Of a stretch of 64,000 bases of DNA, positions 12,914 through 25,062 are shown one piece after another; position 1 is the stretch's first letter, and every line of letters begins with the position of its first letter. The translations under genes and the position numbers were made by a program. Source of the stretch: Macrostomum hystrix (Eukaryota; Animalia; Platyhelminthes); the NCBI GenBank assembly GCA_950097015.1, contig CATNEN010000031.1, positions 3,286,001-3,350,000 on the forward strand, written 5' to 3'. The notes beneath the pieces were generated by a model, which saw only the letters and a list, made by a program, of their open reading frames with translations, had not been told where the DNA came from and did not search any database.

Positions 12914-13960
12914 ATGGAACTGGACTGCGCTAGGGCTCTCTTGTCTCTGGCTCAACCAAAGGAGGATAAATCCTCTAGAACCGCACAAGAAGCTGCCGAA
13001 GCCGCCTATGACAATGAACTCTGCCGTCGATTGAAGTTCAAGCTGCATCGACTGGCTCGTCCCGAGCCGGTTGTGCAGCCCCAACCCAGCCCGACAGCTC
13101 TGGATGCCGAATCGGACAGCCGCCGCCGTCAGTTGGCTGCCACTATGTCGCTGATCCAGGACCGGCCGGCTCCTGTCCCGACCCAAGTTGCCGCAATGCC
13201 GATTCCATCGACAGCACCGCAACAGCTGCAGAAGCAACAGCAGCTGTTCACAGCGGTCCCATCGGGCAGATCGCTGCTATCCGAGCTACTGTTCGATCGC
13301 AAGCGCCAACAGGCCAGCTCGCCGGCCAGTAGCGACTGTCCGAGCCTCGGCTCCGCTGACCTGACCGACGAGTCTTCGGCTGATGCCACGTCAGCACCAG
13401 CTGCCAAGATCGCTCGGCGACAGTTGCAGCCGGATGGCGAGCCAGTGTCGGACCAGCTTGGCCCGGTCCAGGCCCTGCTAATTCCTATCGGCGCGCTGCA
13501 GAAGCCGCTGAATACACCAGTACAGGTAGTGCTGCTGCATTCCGCACCAGCGCAGCAACAGAAACTCGAGCAGCAGCAGAAACAGAGGCCGCCAATGCCG
13601 GTCGCTGCGTCAGTTCCCAACTCGGCAGCGCTAGTTCAGCGCGGCAAGGCGCACGCCTGCAACTATCCGGACTGCGGCAAGTCTTACTACAAAAGCTCGC
13701 ACCTGAAGGCTCACTATCGGTGCCACACAGGTGAGAAGCCCTACCACTGCGACTGGCCAGGCTGCGAGCGCGAGTTTGCCCGCTCTGACGAGCTCTCGCG
13801 TCATCGACGCGGCCACACCGGTGAGCGGCGCTTCCGTTGTGCCCGTTGCGATCGCCAGTTCAGCCGCAGCGATCATCTGGCCAAGCACGAGCGACGCCAC
13901 GACACCCGATCTGTTGACTCGCCTACTCAAAGTAGGCTTATATGCGAATTGCCAGACTAG
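12914..13960 (+). CDS. KLF10/11: Kruppel-like factor, KLF10/11 (TIEG/cabut) type, intronless, 348 aa
   Basis: Three C-terminal C2H2 fingers with TGEKP/TGERR linkers ([32 protein letters not shown]). The second finger is closest to KLF10/11. N-terminal [10 protein letters not shown] resembles a Sin3-interaction helix. Confidence 0.9.
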   Translation: MELDCARALLSLAQPKEDKSSRTAQEAAEAAYDNELCRRLKFKLHRLARPEPVVQPQPSPTALDAESDSRRRQLAATMSLIQDRPAPVPTQVAAMPIPSTAPQQLQKQQQLFTAVPSGRSLLSELLFDRKRQQASSPASSDCPSLGSADLTDESSADATSAPAAKIARRQLQPDGEPVSDQLGPVQALLIPIGALQKPLNTPVQVVLLHSAPAQQQKLEQQQKQRPPMPVAASVPNSAALVQRGKAHACNYPDCGKSYYKSSHLKAHYRCHTGEKPYHCDWPGCEREFARSDELSRHRRGHTGERRFRCARCDRQFSRSDHLAKHERRHDTRSVDSPTQSRLICELPD

Positions 13961-14649
13961 ACTAACCTAGATCCAAATAACAACTGTCTGGTGTGAGAAA
14001 TAATTCACACACCCTACGGCTCCATTTCGAGCCCGTCTTTCCGCATCCGGCGCCTCAGCTCCCGCTGTGCTTATAATTAGCTAATCTGTTTCCTTGCGTT
14101 TTTGTTACTGAGCTTATACGAGTACTTGAGACTTGAATATGGCTATATGCTTTTTAAATCTTCTCGTCTATTTGTATTTCTCTACTGTCGATGGAATGTT
14201 GTTTCGCGCACACCCACGCAAAGACATAATGCCCAGATGGCATTGTGAATATCATATACAGTTACATTGCCCTGTTCCCTGCATTTCATGTTCAACTACT
14301 GTCCAAGCACAATGAAAGGCGCTGTATAGATAAACATATTGCAGAATACTGTCATAATCATTTTGGGCCTGATCGTTGAAGTTGTAATATTCAATAGATA
14401 TGATATTTCAGATATACTTTTGTCAGTCTGTGCTGATGTGTACGGCTCTTGACTTTGCGGTTTCGCCGAGTTGTCTGTGTGTTCAGAAAATATATATTAA
14501 AAAAGTGTTCTTTGAATGAAGCGAAATCACATTTTGAACTTGTATTGTTAATCATTTGAAGTCTTCTGAATAAAAATCAAAATGGTTTCGGAAATTGGTA
14601 AAAGTAAAAATACTCTGACTTTGCCAGTTGTACTGAATCCTCGAAGTTA

Positions 14650-17600
14650 TATCAGCTCAAACTCTCGACTCAAACTAGAATATGCTAATCGAAAATAGAA
14701 TAGACTCAAACCAGAATATGCTAATCGAAAATAGAATAGACTCAAACCAGAATATTCTGATTGAGAATGGAATCGACTCCAACCAGAACATTCCAATCGA
14801 GAATGGAATCGACTCAGACAAGAACATTCCAATCGAGAATGGAATCGACTCAGACAAGAACATTCCAATCGAGAATGGAATCGACTCAGACAAGAACATT
14901 CCAATCGAGAATGGAATCGACTCCAACCAGAACATTCCAATCGAGAATGGAATCGGCTCCAACCAGAATACTCTAATTAAGAATGGAATCGACTCAAACC
15001 TGAATATTCTGATCGAGAATGTAATCGACTCCAACCAGAATATTCTGATTGAGAATGGAATCGACTCAAACCAGAACATTCCAATCGAGAATGGAATCGA
15101 ATCCAACCAGAACATTCCAATCGAGAATGGAATCGGCTCCAACCAGAATATTCTGATCGAGAATGGAATCGACTCAAACCAAAATATTGCAATTCAGAAT
15201 GGAATCGACTCAAACCAGAATATTGCAATTCAGAATGGAATCTACTCAAACCAGAATATTCTTATCGAGAATGGAATCGACTCAAACCAGAATATTCTGA
15301 TCGAGAATGGAATCGACTCAAACCAAAATATTGCAATTCAGAATGGAATCGACTCAAACCAGAATATTCTGATCGAGAATGGAATCGACTCAAACCAGAA
15401 TATTGCAATTCAGAATGGAATCTACTCAAACCAGAATATTGCAATTCAGAATGGAATCTACTCAAACCAGAATATTCTTATCGAGAATGGAATCGACTCA
15501 AACCAGAATATTCTGATCGAGAATGGAATCGACTCAAAACCAGAATATTCTGATCGAGAATGGAATCGACTCAAACCAAAATATTGCAATTCAGAATGGA
15601 ATCGACTCAAACCAGAATATTCTTATCGAGAATGGAATCGACTCAAACAAGAATATTCTTATCGAGAATGGAATCGACTCCAACCATAACATTCCAATCG
15701 AGAATGGAATCGACTCAAACCAGAATATTCTTATCGAGAATGGAATCGACTCAAACAAGAATATTCTTATCGAGAATGGAATCGACTCCAACCATAACAT
15801 TCCAATCGAGAATGGAATCGACTCAGACAAGAACATTCCAATCGAGAATGGAATCGACTCCAACCAGAATACTCTAATTAAGAATGGAATCGACTCAAAC
15901 CTGAATATTCTGATCGAGAATGTAATCGACTCCAACCAGAACATTCCAATCGAGAATGGAATCGGCTCCAACCAGAACATTCCAATCGAGAATGGAATCG
16001 ACTCCAACCAGAACATTCCAATCGAGAATGGAATCGGCTCCAACCAGAATATTCTGATCGAGAATGGAATCGACTCAAACCAAAATATTGCAATTCAGAA
16101 TGGAATCGACTCAAGCCTAAATATTGCAATTCAGAATGGAGTCGACTCAAAACCAGAATATTGCAATTCAGAATGGAATCGACTCAAGCCTAAATATTGC
16201 AATTCAGAATGGAATCGACTCAAACCAAAATATTGCAATTCAGAATGGAATCGACTCAAACCAAAATATTGCAATTCAGAATGGAATCGACTCAAACCAA
16301 AATATTGCAATTCAGAATGGAATCGACTCAAACCAAAATATTGCAATTCAGAATGGAATCGACTCAAACCAAAATATTGCAATTCAGAATGGAATCGACT
16401 CAAACCAGAATATTGCAATTCAGAATGGAATCGACTCAAACCAGAATATTCTGATCGAGAATGGAATCGACTCCAACCATAACATTCCAATCGAGAATGG
16501 AATCGACTCAGACAAGAACATTCCAATCGAGAATGGAATCGACTCCAACCAGAACATTCCAATCGAGAATGGAATCGGCTCCAACCAGAATATTCTGATC
16601 GAGAATGGAATCGACTCAAACCAAAATATTGCAATTCAGAATGGAATCGACTCAAGCCTAAATATTGCAATTCAGAATGGAATCGACTCAAACCAGAATA
16701 TTCTGATCGAGAATGGAATCGACTCAAACCAGAATATTGCAATTCAGAATGGAATCGACTCAAACCAAAATATTGCAATTCAGAATGGAATCGACTCAAA
16801 CCAGAACATTCCAATCGAGAATGGAATCGACTCCAACCAGAATACTCTAATTGAGAATGGAATCGACTCCAACCAGAATACTCTAATTAAGAATGGAATC
16901 GACTCAAACCAGAATATTCTTATCGAGAATGGAATCGACTCCAACCAGAATACTCTAATTAAGAATGGAATCGACTCAAACCAGAATATTCTTATCGAGA
17001 ATGGAATCGACTCAAACCAGAATATTCTGATCGAGAATGGAATCGACTCAAACAAGAATATTCTTATCGAGAATGGAGTCGACTCAAACCAGAATATTCT
17101 GATCGAGAATGGAATCGACTCCAACCAGAATATTCTGATCGAGAATGGAGTCGACTCAAACCAGAATATTCTGATCGAGAATGGAATCGACTCCAACCAG
17201 AATATTCTGATCGAGAATGGAATCGACTCAAACCAGAATATTCTGATCGAGAATGGAATCGACTCCAACCAGAATACTCTAATTAAGAATGGAGTCGACT
17301 CAAACCAGAATATTCTGATCGAGAATGGAATCGACTCAAACCAGAATATTCTGATCGAGAATGGAATCGACTCCAACCAGAATATTCTGATCGAGAATGG
17401 AATCGACTCCAACCAGAATACTCTAATTAAGAATGGAGTCGACTCAAACCAGAATATTCTGATCGAGAATGGAATCGACTCCAACCAGAATACTCTAATT
17501 AAGAATGGAGTCGACTCAAACCAGAATATTCTGATCGAGAATGGAATCGACTCAAACCAGAATATTCTGATCGAGAATGGAATCGACTCAAACCAGAATA

Positions 17601-17870
17601 TTCTGATCGAGAATGGAATCGACTCAAACCAGAATACTCTAATTAAGAATGGAGTCGACTCAAACCAGAATATTCTGATCGAGAATGGAATCGACTCCAA
17701 CCAGAATACTCTAATTAAGAATGCAGTCGACTCAAACCAGAATATTCTGATCGAGAATGGAATCGACTCAAACCAGAATATTGCAATTCAGAATGGAATC
17801 TACTTAAACCAGAATATTAATTCTTAACGAGAATAGATAATCGACTCAAACAAGAATATTCTGATCAAGA
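14650..17870. repeat. Minisatellite, 36-bp unit GAGAATGGAATCGACTCAAACCAGAATATTCTGATC (~88 units, several variant types)
   Basis: 36-bp period, giving the 12-aa repeat in the ORF track. Starts just after the putative KLF polyA signal (AATAAA ~14568). Confidence 0.95.
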
Positions 17871-18140
17871 GTTTCTTTGCTGGAAATTGAAGAATGGAAT
17901 GAAAAGTCTACAATAAGACTACAATTGTAATATGATTTTCTTTCTGCAATGAAAGTGCCAGAAATATCACATTATGAATAGAAGGCCAAGTAATTCAGTT
18001 GCATTTGCAATATAAAAAGCTATTTTGTTTTCCTGCTTGAGAAGCTGTTCTGCTTTAGCTTAGAGTCCGGCTCACTGTTCCAGCACAGCCGTAGCCATCG
18101 GCTCATGCACTACTCAGCTCTCTAGTAGCCACGCTGAGCA

Positions 18141-18178
18141 CACGTGCGAGGCACGCGCTGCCTGCGTGATTTTCGCGC
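18141..18178. promoter_or_regulatory. E-box plus E2F-like motif in an intergenic GC-rich patch
   Basis: CACGTG at 18141-18146 and TTTCGCGC at 18171-18178. Motif match only. Confidence 0.2.
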
Positions 18179-21100
18179 CAGTCAGTGAGGGAGAGACATT
18201 AGAAGGGGAGCGCACCAGCCCTAGGAATGAAAAAGAACAAAGTAGAGTTCAAATTGATAAGAAATTGAACAGGGGGCTCCTTTTATTTCTTACGAAGGTG
18301 AAATTTTCGCTTCATGACCCATTGGTCCGGGTAGATTTTTATCTCTGCATTTTAAATTATATATAGTTTATGAAGGGTATTCGCTTCACTCTGTGTGAGT
18401 ATGCCTTTGCTTAAAATAATGATTGCCTGTATAATGTGACTTTAAAGCAGACGGTAGATTATACAGTAAGGTAAGTATTTTTTCAGCTGGGTGTGTAACA
18501 ACAAGTTCGCAATAATAATGGCTTGGACGGTCGGTCCAACTGACAGGGCCACACGGCGTGCGCGTGATCACTTCTAAATTTAGCCTCGCCTCACGGGCGG
18601 CGCACTTTAACCGCTCTAACGAGGCATAAAGGCTATTTAGGCTACTGAGTAAGTAGGAGTGACAGAGTCGTTATCTTTTGTTTTTGAAAAAAAATTGTTT
18701 TAATTGATAACACGCTGCATAAACTAACAAAAGTGCTAACAGAAAAAGAACTCTAAAATTAATCAACAGAATACAAAGGACAATAGAAAGAGATTCTGCA
18801 CGCAAAATAAAATTTAGACAAAAAAGAACTTTAAATCATGTAAAAGTCCATTAAAATTCTGTCGTTACGCTCGTATGGACGGATTTCAAAACACTGAAAA
18901 ATCCGATGTGGCTGCATCCAACAAGGAACACTAGAAGAAGAAGGACGGACACTTCGTCTCATGGAAAATGTCTTGCATGCAAAAAAAGTTATAGTCATTT
19001 TTGTGTGAAAAAAGTGAAAGTTTCCTATCTCGCTAGTGCATTTAATTTTTTTTTCGTGAAATCTACCTTTAATAATTTTTCCAAGAAAGGAAGTGTGGTC
19101 CTTCTTCCAGTGGTCCTAGCCATCCAACTGGAGGCAAGCTGCTTGCTAATGTCTGAATCGAGGCCGTCCTAAACATTAGGTAATTATTAAACGTGTGATT
19201 CAATCTGAAATTATCAGAAACATCGGCCCAGACTGCCGTCTAAGTGGGACATGCCGTGCTCAATGAAAAATGCAAACATTTCTAAAGAAAGGACAAGTCA
19301 ACTATTTAAAAACATCGGAACTTGGACAATTTCGAAATAAAGTCAGTGAACAGACCTTAGGTGAAGAAAACTGAAAATATTGACTGAATGCCATTGTTTT
19401 CAGTTCAAATGACACCCAGCAGAATCTATAGACGGTGAATCCGATTTTGTAAATAGACTGCAAAGCCTAAATTTACAACTATCCAGGAAATTAACTTCAC
19501 CCCAAAACGGCTTTTAAAGATTCATGTTAGTCTTGTGAGAGATACAATTCAGACTACTGACAACAGTAGAAAAGCAAAGACTTGGCTGCAAAACTCTCAC
19601 ATAACACAAAAAAATATCGCCATAAAAATGGCAGGCTTAAAAGAGACTTCTGTGCACACTGAGAGTGGTGGGAGAGGACTGCGTGTGGCTATGGCTGACT
19701 GACGAAGGCAAACAAGCCGGGAACCGGAGGTTCGTTCCCCACTTTTAGTGTGTTACAAGGCTAGTATTTAGATTTAAGCTAATTGGACTTAACGACTAGG
19801 CATGCAGACTATAATTGTGGATTCCAAGAAAGTCGGAGAGGCTCGAGCTTTTCTTGCCATCCATAAACAAAGACTGCAGTCGTAGGAAGACCACTGGGGG
19901 TATTTCAAATACCTACATTTTACTCAGACCCAAAATGTTCAACCAATCGCCATGGAAATCCAGAACACGGACTAAAATTTTCCGCTTTATCCGATGAAAC
20001 AACTTCCAGAAGGCACCGTCGAGATCGAGATAATGCTGGTGCCCATTTTGAATGAATGAAGTGAAACACTACAGCGTAATACCTTGCTGAAGAACGCAAT
20101 TAACTGGCTTTTTGGCTGAGATTTGAACTCCTGACATCTCTGCCGACCCCTTCTTGGGTTTTAGGTTTGACCATTCTATGGGTCTGACACCCTAACAACC
20201 AATAAACACCCAAAAAAACCCATAAACACCCAATAAACACCCCACAAAACACCCCATAAACACATGCAATGGCCGCATTCGTCATATATTATATTGGCCA
20301 TAATGGAAAGTTAGCAGAGCCGAGCGTGTGTGCCCTAGTTTGCTTCTTGATTTGTCTATGGTACAGGAACTGTGCCCTTTGAGTCGTTCATAATCCAATG
20401 AAATTCAAGGAGATAATGAGTACAAAAAGAGACAACTTTTATAATGAGAAAATGTACTTCATGTAACTAGGTATAAAATGAGAACAATGAGAACTAAGAA
20501 AACACAGTTTTTAGACATGGCGTTTAGTATTAATTAATTTAAATTAGTAGAATATTTGTTATGCTTCCCTGCATTATCACTCATTTGATAGTACCAAAAA
20601 GGAATATTTAAATTTTAAACTGTCGCTCACTGGAAGTCAGATTAGGTTATCTGATAGGTTAGGTTAGGTTATTACGATATTCTGATTCGCTGTCAAATCT
20701 ACCGACCAATCAGGTATCCGGGTACAGTTCAGTTTAAAATTACTTAAAACTGCTTCTGCAGCATCAATTTTTGCCACAGTACAGTCCACTTCGAATTCTT
20801 AGAAATGTAAGTAAAATTTTTTTTGCATACTTTTTTTGGTAAATTTATATTCGTGTTCGCCATATATAGCCTTCAGGGCCTATTTCCACTTACGATTCAA
20901 TAGCGCAGTTGGAAAGTACTTTTCGAGAAATTTCTCCTGAGCGAACCCGCTCCACTTGTAAACAGCGAACTAGAGAACATATGTTTTGCTATTATGTTTT
21001 ACACCCTTGATTGGCTTGCTGTCGACTTCATTTTTGCGTGATGGAGATCAAAGCGAGGCTAAATAAGAAAATAGCGTGTGAACTTGAAGCAATTTTTAAT

Positions 21101-21414
21101 CAAACACTTGGCCTAATTTCCTGGCCTGGGAATCATGCAGCGAGAGCAGCTCAGTAAATCGATTGGTACGGATGAAGCCCGAGGCTTCCGCTACTCCCGT
21201 GATGGGCATCTGTCCCCGGGATCCGAGGAACAAAAGGGATCGTTATTTTTTTAAGAAAATACGACTCATCTCCGTTTTGTTGGCTATCAAATCACTATCA
21301 ATTTCGATTCATGATATCTGATTGTCTTGAGTCTTGACTTAACTCAATCGCATGGTTTATTTGGTTCATGATGAAAATTAGATTGTTAAGGGGACACCTG
21401 GACTCAGTTGGTGA

Positions 21415-21454
21415 GCTTACTTACTTACTTACTTACTTACTCACTTACTTACTC

Positions 21455-21543
<89 letters not shown>

Positions 21544-21560
21544 TTTACTTACTTACTCAC
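21415..21560. repeat. (TTAC)n microsatellite
   Basis: ~35 tetranucleotide units with a few TCAC/TTAT variants. Confidence 0.95.
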
Positions 21561-21589
21561 AACGCCAGTTCCGCAGCCATCGGCTTACG

Positions 21590-24500
21590 ATGTCCAGCAA
21601 TGTGTCGAGTCCCGGCGCCAACACGTCAGCTTCCTGTGTACACCACCTGACCAACCAGAATACCCAGCTGTTCGACCTACAGCCGCTGCTCCGGTTCTAT
21701 CAGTGCCGCAATCAGGGCGCATTCGCCCGTCGCGTCCTGGAGGAGGCGGAGCGCGAGGGCCTGCAGGAGCTGCACCGGATGCGCCTGCCCCTGCTGACTG
21801 CCTTCGTCTGCCTCATGGCGTTTGGCGCGGCTGGCAATGCGCTGCTTATCTGCGCAGTGTCCAGGCGGCCCGGCATGCGAACAATGACTAACCTGCTGGT
21901 GCTCAACCTGGCCGTGTCCGACTTTTTCTTGTGCACCGTCACTCAGCCATGCAACGTGCGGCGACTGCTGTTTCCCGAGCGAGGCTGGGAGACCGGCCTG
22001 GCGCTGTGCAAGATTGTCAACGGACTCACCGGACTCAACTTGTTTGTGTCCACCTTCTCAGTGGCTGCCATTGCTGTCGACAGATGCAGGGTAAGCACTC
22101 CAGCGAAGGTTGAAAACTTTCAAGAGCGCCTTACCTCTCTGATTAACAGTAGAAAGACCACGCAATTCCCCCTGGACAAAGACCACAGGGCTATTTCAAA
22201 TACCCGCTGCCTACTTCACGCCAGCTCCCAAACCGAATGACCGATTTTCGTGAAAGTTCACCATATAGATAAAAAAATATCTTCCTTTTCGACGAACTAA
22301 CTTCCTATGCCGTCCGACGCCTTGACTTGACTTTACTTGACTTGACTGAAGTTGCACATTCCGCTAATTCCTGAAAAGCCCGCTTCAGCGGATGATGCGG
22401 GGCCAGTCAAGGAGGTCCGTGGCCGGTCCTAGCGTATTGCTCACTAGGGAAGAAGGATGCTCGTCTGGTAACCCTGAGGAACCGGACAAGCCGTGAGATG
22501 TTCTCGGATCTGCAAGCGTCGTCCTTGGATGGGTTCGGTCAAGGTGAGTTAGCCTTGTCTTATTAATAAAAGGGCATTGACAGACGAAGTGCAAGGCATC
22601 CTCGTTCTCGAGCATCCAGTATCGACACAGCTCGTCCCTAAGGTCTCCCCGGAGGAAGCAGTGCCTCCTGGCATAGCAGCCATGGCCTGTGAGGGTCATG
22701 GTGAGGGCTCGTATGCCTTTCCGCGTTTGGTTCAGGAGGAAGATCCGAAGTCGGGTGGGTGGAACCGGGCCTGCCACTTTGGATTAGTTGCCCAGTTATT
22801 AATCTGGCTATTAATGACAGTATTGGGGGTCGGGGCTGAGTCAGGCCTGTTTTGTTAGAGTCAGCAAGCTCGTTTCCAGGAAAACCAGAAGGCCCTGGAA
22901 TACATTGGAGGGCAGCAACGCCAGCCGTCCGACGCCATCATCGCCGAGATATTCAGCGATTCTTGTCGAAGATCCTGGTGACAAGGTCAAATAACATTTC
23001 TCTCTATATAAGGGCGGGCTCCCTTAGTTCAGCGTCAGCAGCAAGATTTAAACTCGTGCGCACATTTTTTTCAAAGGGCTTATAAATAAATTGTCCATTA
23101 CCACTAATATATTTTTACCCGTATAATATTCTTTAATTAATTTAAAATGCAGTCAAAATTGATGTGGAGTTTGGAAAAAATTCTCACTTTGCTTGCTAGA
23201 TGTGCCTAAAATGCTAGGCTGAAGCGAGGGTTGGCCATAGACTATAACGCATTTTTGCTTTTCAGTCTCAGATTGCTAGAAAAATGTCTTACTTGGCTAT
23301 AAAAATATACTGTAATTAAATCACGATATCTCTTGTAGATGGTCTCGTCCATAGACATTTATCTACTAAAAGCGAGCATTAAACGACTCGGGGTTGCTCA
23401 TCGGCCAATGTATTCAATGCAAATAGGCTGCTTAACAGAAACGGTCGAGGCGCGAAGCCGTCAATTTCACTGATTAAATTGGCAAGCAAAGGGTGCGAAC
23501 AATACATACCATCACGTGAACAAAACCCATGGGTTGTTAATTTAGATAATGCAGGCAGTTTAGCAAAATGTAGCAAATAATGAACAGCTGTAATATGGAT
23601 TTTTATTCATGCAGGTAAAGAAAATGAAAGGAAGGGAACACTAAGAAACTGATTGGCTATTAAAATTAAAAATAAATTGCGAAATTCCTCTGCTGTTTTA
23701 AAAAGTATGCAGCCCACGGTGCTGCACTGACAAAGCCAAAGACAATGACAAAGAAATGGGCGGAACCTGTTTTGTTATATAAGCTTTCATTGAACATTTT
23801 CTGAGCAAAATTCTGCTTAAAGATGATGGATTAGACGCCATAGAGTCAAAATCGATGTGTTATTTTAAATCACTTACAATTCAACATATGACTTATGTGA
23901 CTTAAAGTGAAATCAATATGCAACTTCCATAATCATTACCATTGCTTCATGGGTGAGTGACAGGGCGGTCTAATGCGTTTGCCTCTCGCACCGAGGTCCC
24001 TGAGCTCGATTCCGTGGCGAGTTCATTTTTATTTGAGGCGCAGCCGCGAAGAGAAGGCTGAGAGGTTTTTCGTGCAATTTGAGCCTTTGAGGGCCAACCA
24101 ACAAAGCACAAGTAGAAGTGTTCGCTGATTGACGATGAGAAAGTCAATGCAGATGAACACAGCTTTGTGAGCGTGTGCTCAGGAGTCAGCTGAATAGACA
24201 GAATTGCCTCTTCGCTGGCTGCGGGTGCACTCCTGCAATTATTATTATTGTTTCCTTGCTTCAGGTGGTGCTTCAGCTGGCACCGATGAACGGCAGCCAG
24301 CAGGCGGGCCGGCGGGGTCGTCTGATCCTGCCAGCTATCTGGCTAGTAGCCGCTGCCGCTGCCAGCCCGCTGCTCTGGTTCGCCGAGCTGGCCGACGACG
24401 CCACCTGGCTGAGCGGCGGCCGGAGACAGGTGTGCGCCGAGAAAGCCGGCAGCTCGGTGGATCGGGCCCTGAAGCTGGCCTACAGCGTTGGCAGCATCTG

Positions 24501-25062
24501 TCTGCAGTACGCGGTGCCTCTGGCCGCTCTGCTGCAGGCCTTCGCCAGAATTCGGGCGCGCCTGGCCCGCCGCCTGAACAACCTGGCTGGCGGCTGCTCC
24601 TCGCTGACTCCGCTGCAGCAAATGCGACACCGAGTGGAGAGCAGGCGGAGGCGACGGGCCAACTGCCTGCTGGCAGGCGTGGCTCTGCTTTTCGGCCTGT
24701 CTTGGCTGCCACTGTCCGTGTTCAACCTGTTGCACGACGTCAAGCTCTGGCAGATCGACCTACGACACAGCGCGGTCAGCTTCGCCGTGGCGGAGAGTCG
24801 CGTCGGTCAGGCCGATCTCGGCTTCTCGGCGCTGACAGCCCAGGGCCTCTGCCTGCTGGCCGTGCTGGCATCGGCCTGCGCCAATCCGCTGCTCTACGGC
24901 TTCTTTAACGATAACTTCCGCAGCGAGCTGAGCGACCTGCTGTGCGCCCACTGCCGCTGCTGCCGCTCCGGGCGGCAGCGGCAGATGCCGACATCGACAG
25001 AAACGCCGCATACCGGGGGCGCTGTCGGGGACAGTCCGTTGCTGCAGGACAGCCGGATGTGA
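21590..25062 (+). CDS. Rhodopsin-like neuropeptide GPCR, NPY/NPF/PrRP receptor family, 2 coding exons, ~432 aa
   Basis: Exons are 21590-22090 (donor AGG|GTAAGC) and 24265-25062 (acceptor TTCAG|), phase 0. Motifs: GN in TM1, TNLLVLNLAVSD, CK in TM3, DRC in place of DRY, SWLP, NPLLYGFFNDNFR. N-terminal N-x-S/T sequons are present. Confidence 0.88.
22321..22990 (-). mobile_element. 5'-truncated, degenerate non-LTR retrotransposon 3' end (RNase H C-terminus plus CCHC knuckle; I/R1/LOA-like superclade), in the GPCR intron
   Basis: The minus strand reads LQCIPGPSGFPGNELAD near 22861-22910, which resembles the RNase H motif W(I/V)PGH.G..GNE.AD. It then reads LTGHG..RRH....D.LCRYW..ENEDALHFVCQCP, the LINE C-terminal knuckle with one Cys changed to Trp. 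A short tandem (AGTCA)n tail lies at 22321-22347. Confidence 0.65.
23951..24250 (+). mobile_element. tRNA-derived SINE, copy A (near full length)
   Basis: The head GCCTCTCGCACC..CCCTGAGCTCGATTCCG is shared with copy B, the body aligns with copy B by eye, and the element ends CTCCTGCAATT(ATT)n. Confidence 0.65.

Noticed and set aside
14682-17827. Long ORFs of 300-567 aa with NQNILIENGIDS repeats
   Set aside because: These are translations of a 36-bp minisatellite. They are open on both strands and in several frames, broken by 1-bp insertions, and have no unique domain or splice context.
19680-19745. Possible tRNA gene (GGTTCGTTCCC B-box-like motif)
   Set aside because: I could not fold a cloverleaf or find a convincing A box. 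No tRNA or rRNA genes are supported in the window.
21368-21589. (LTYL)n N-terminal extension of the GPCR in the ORF track
   Set aside because: It is the translated (TTAC)n microsatellite, bounded by donor and acceptor sites. Met 21590 gives a normal glycosylated N-terminus.
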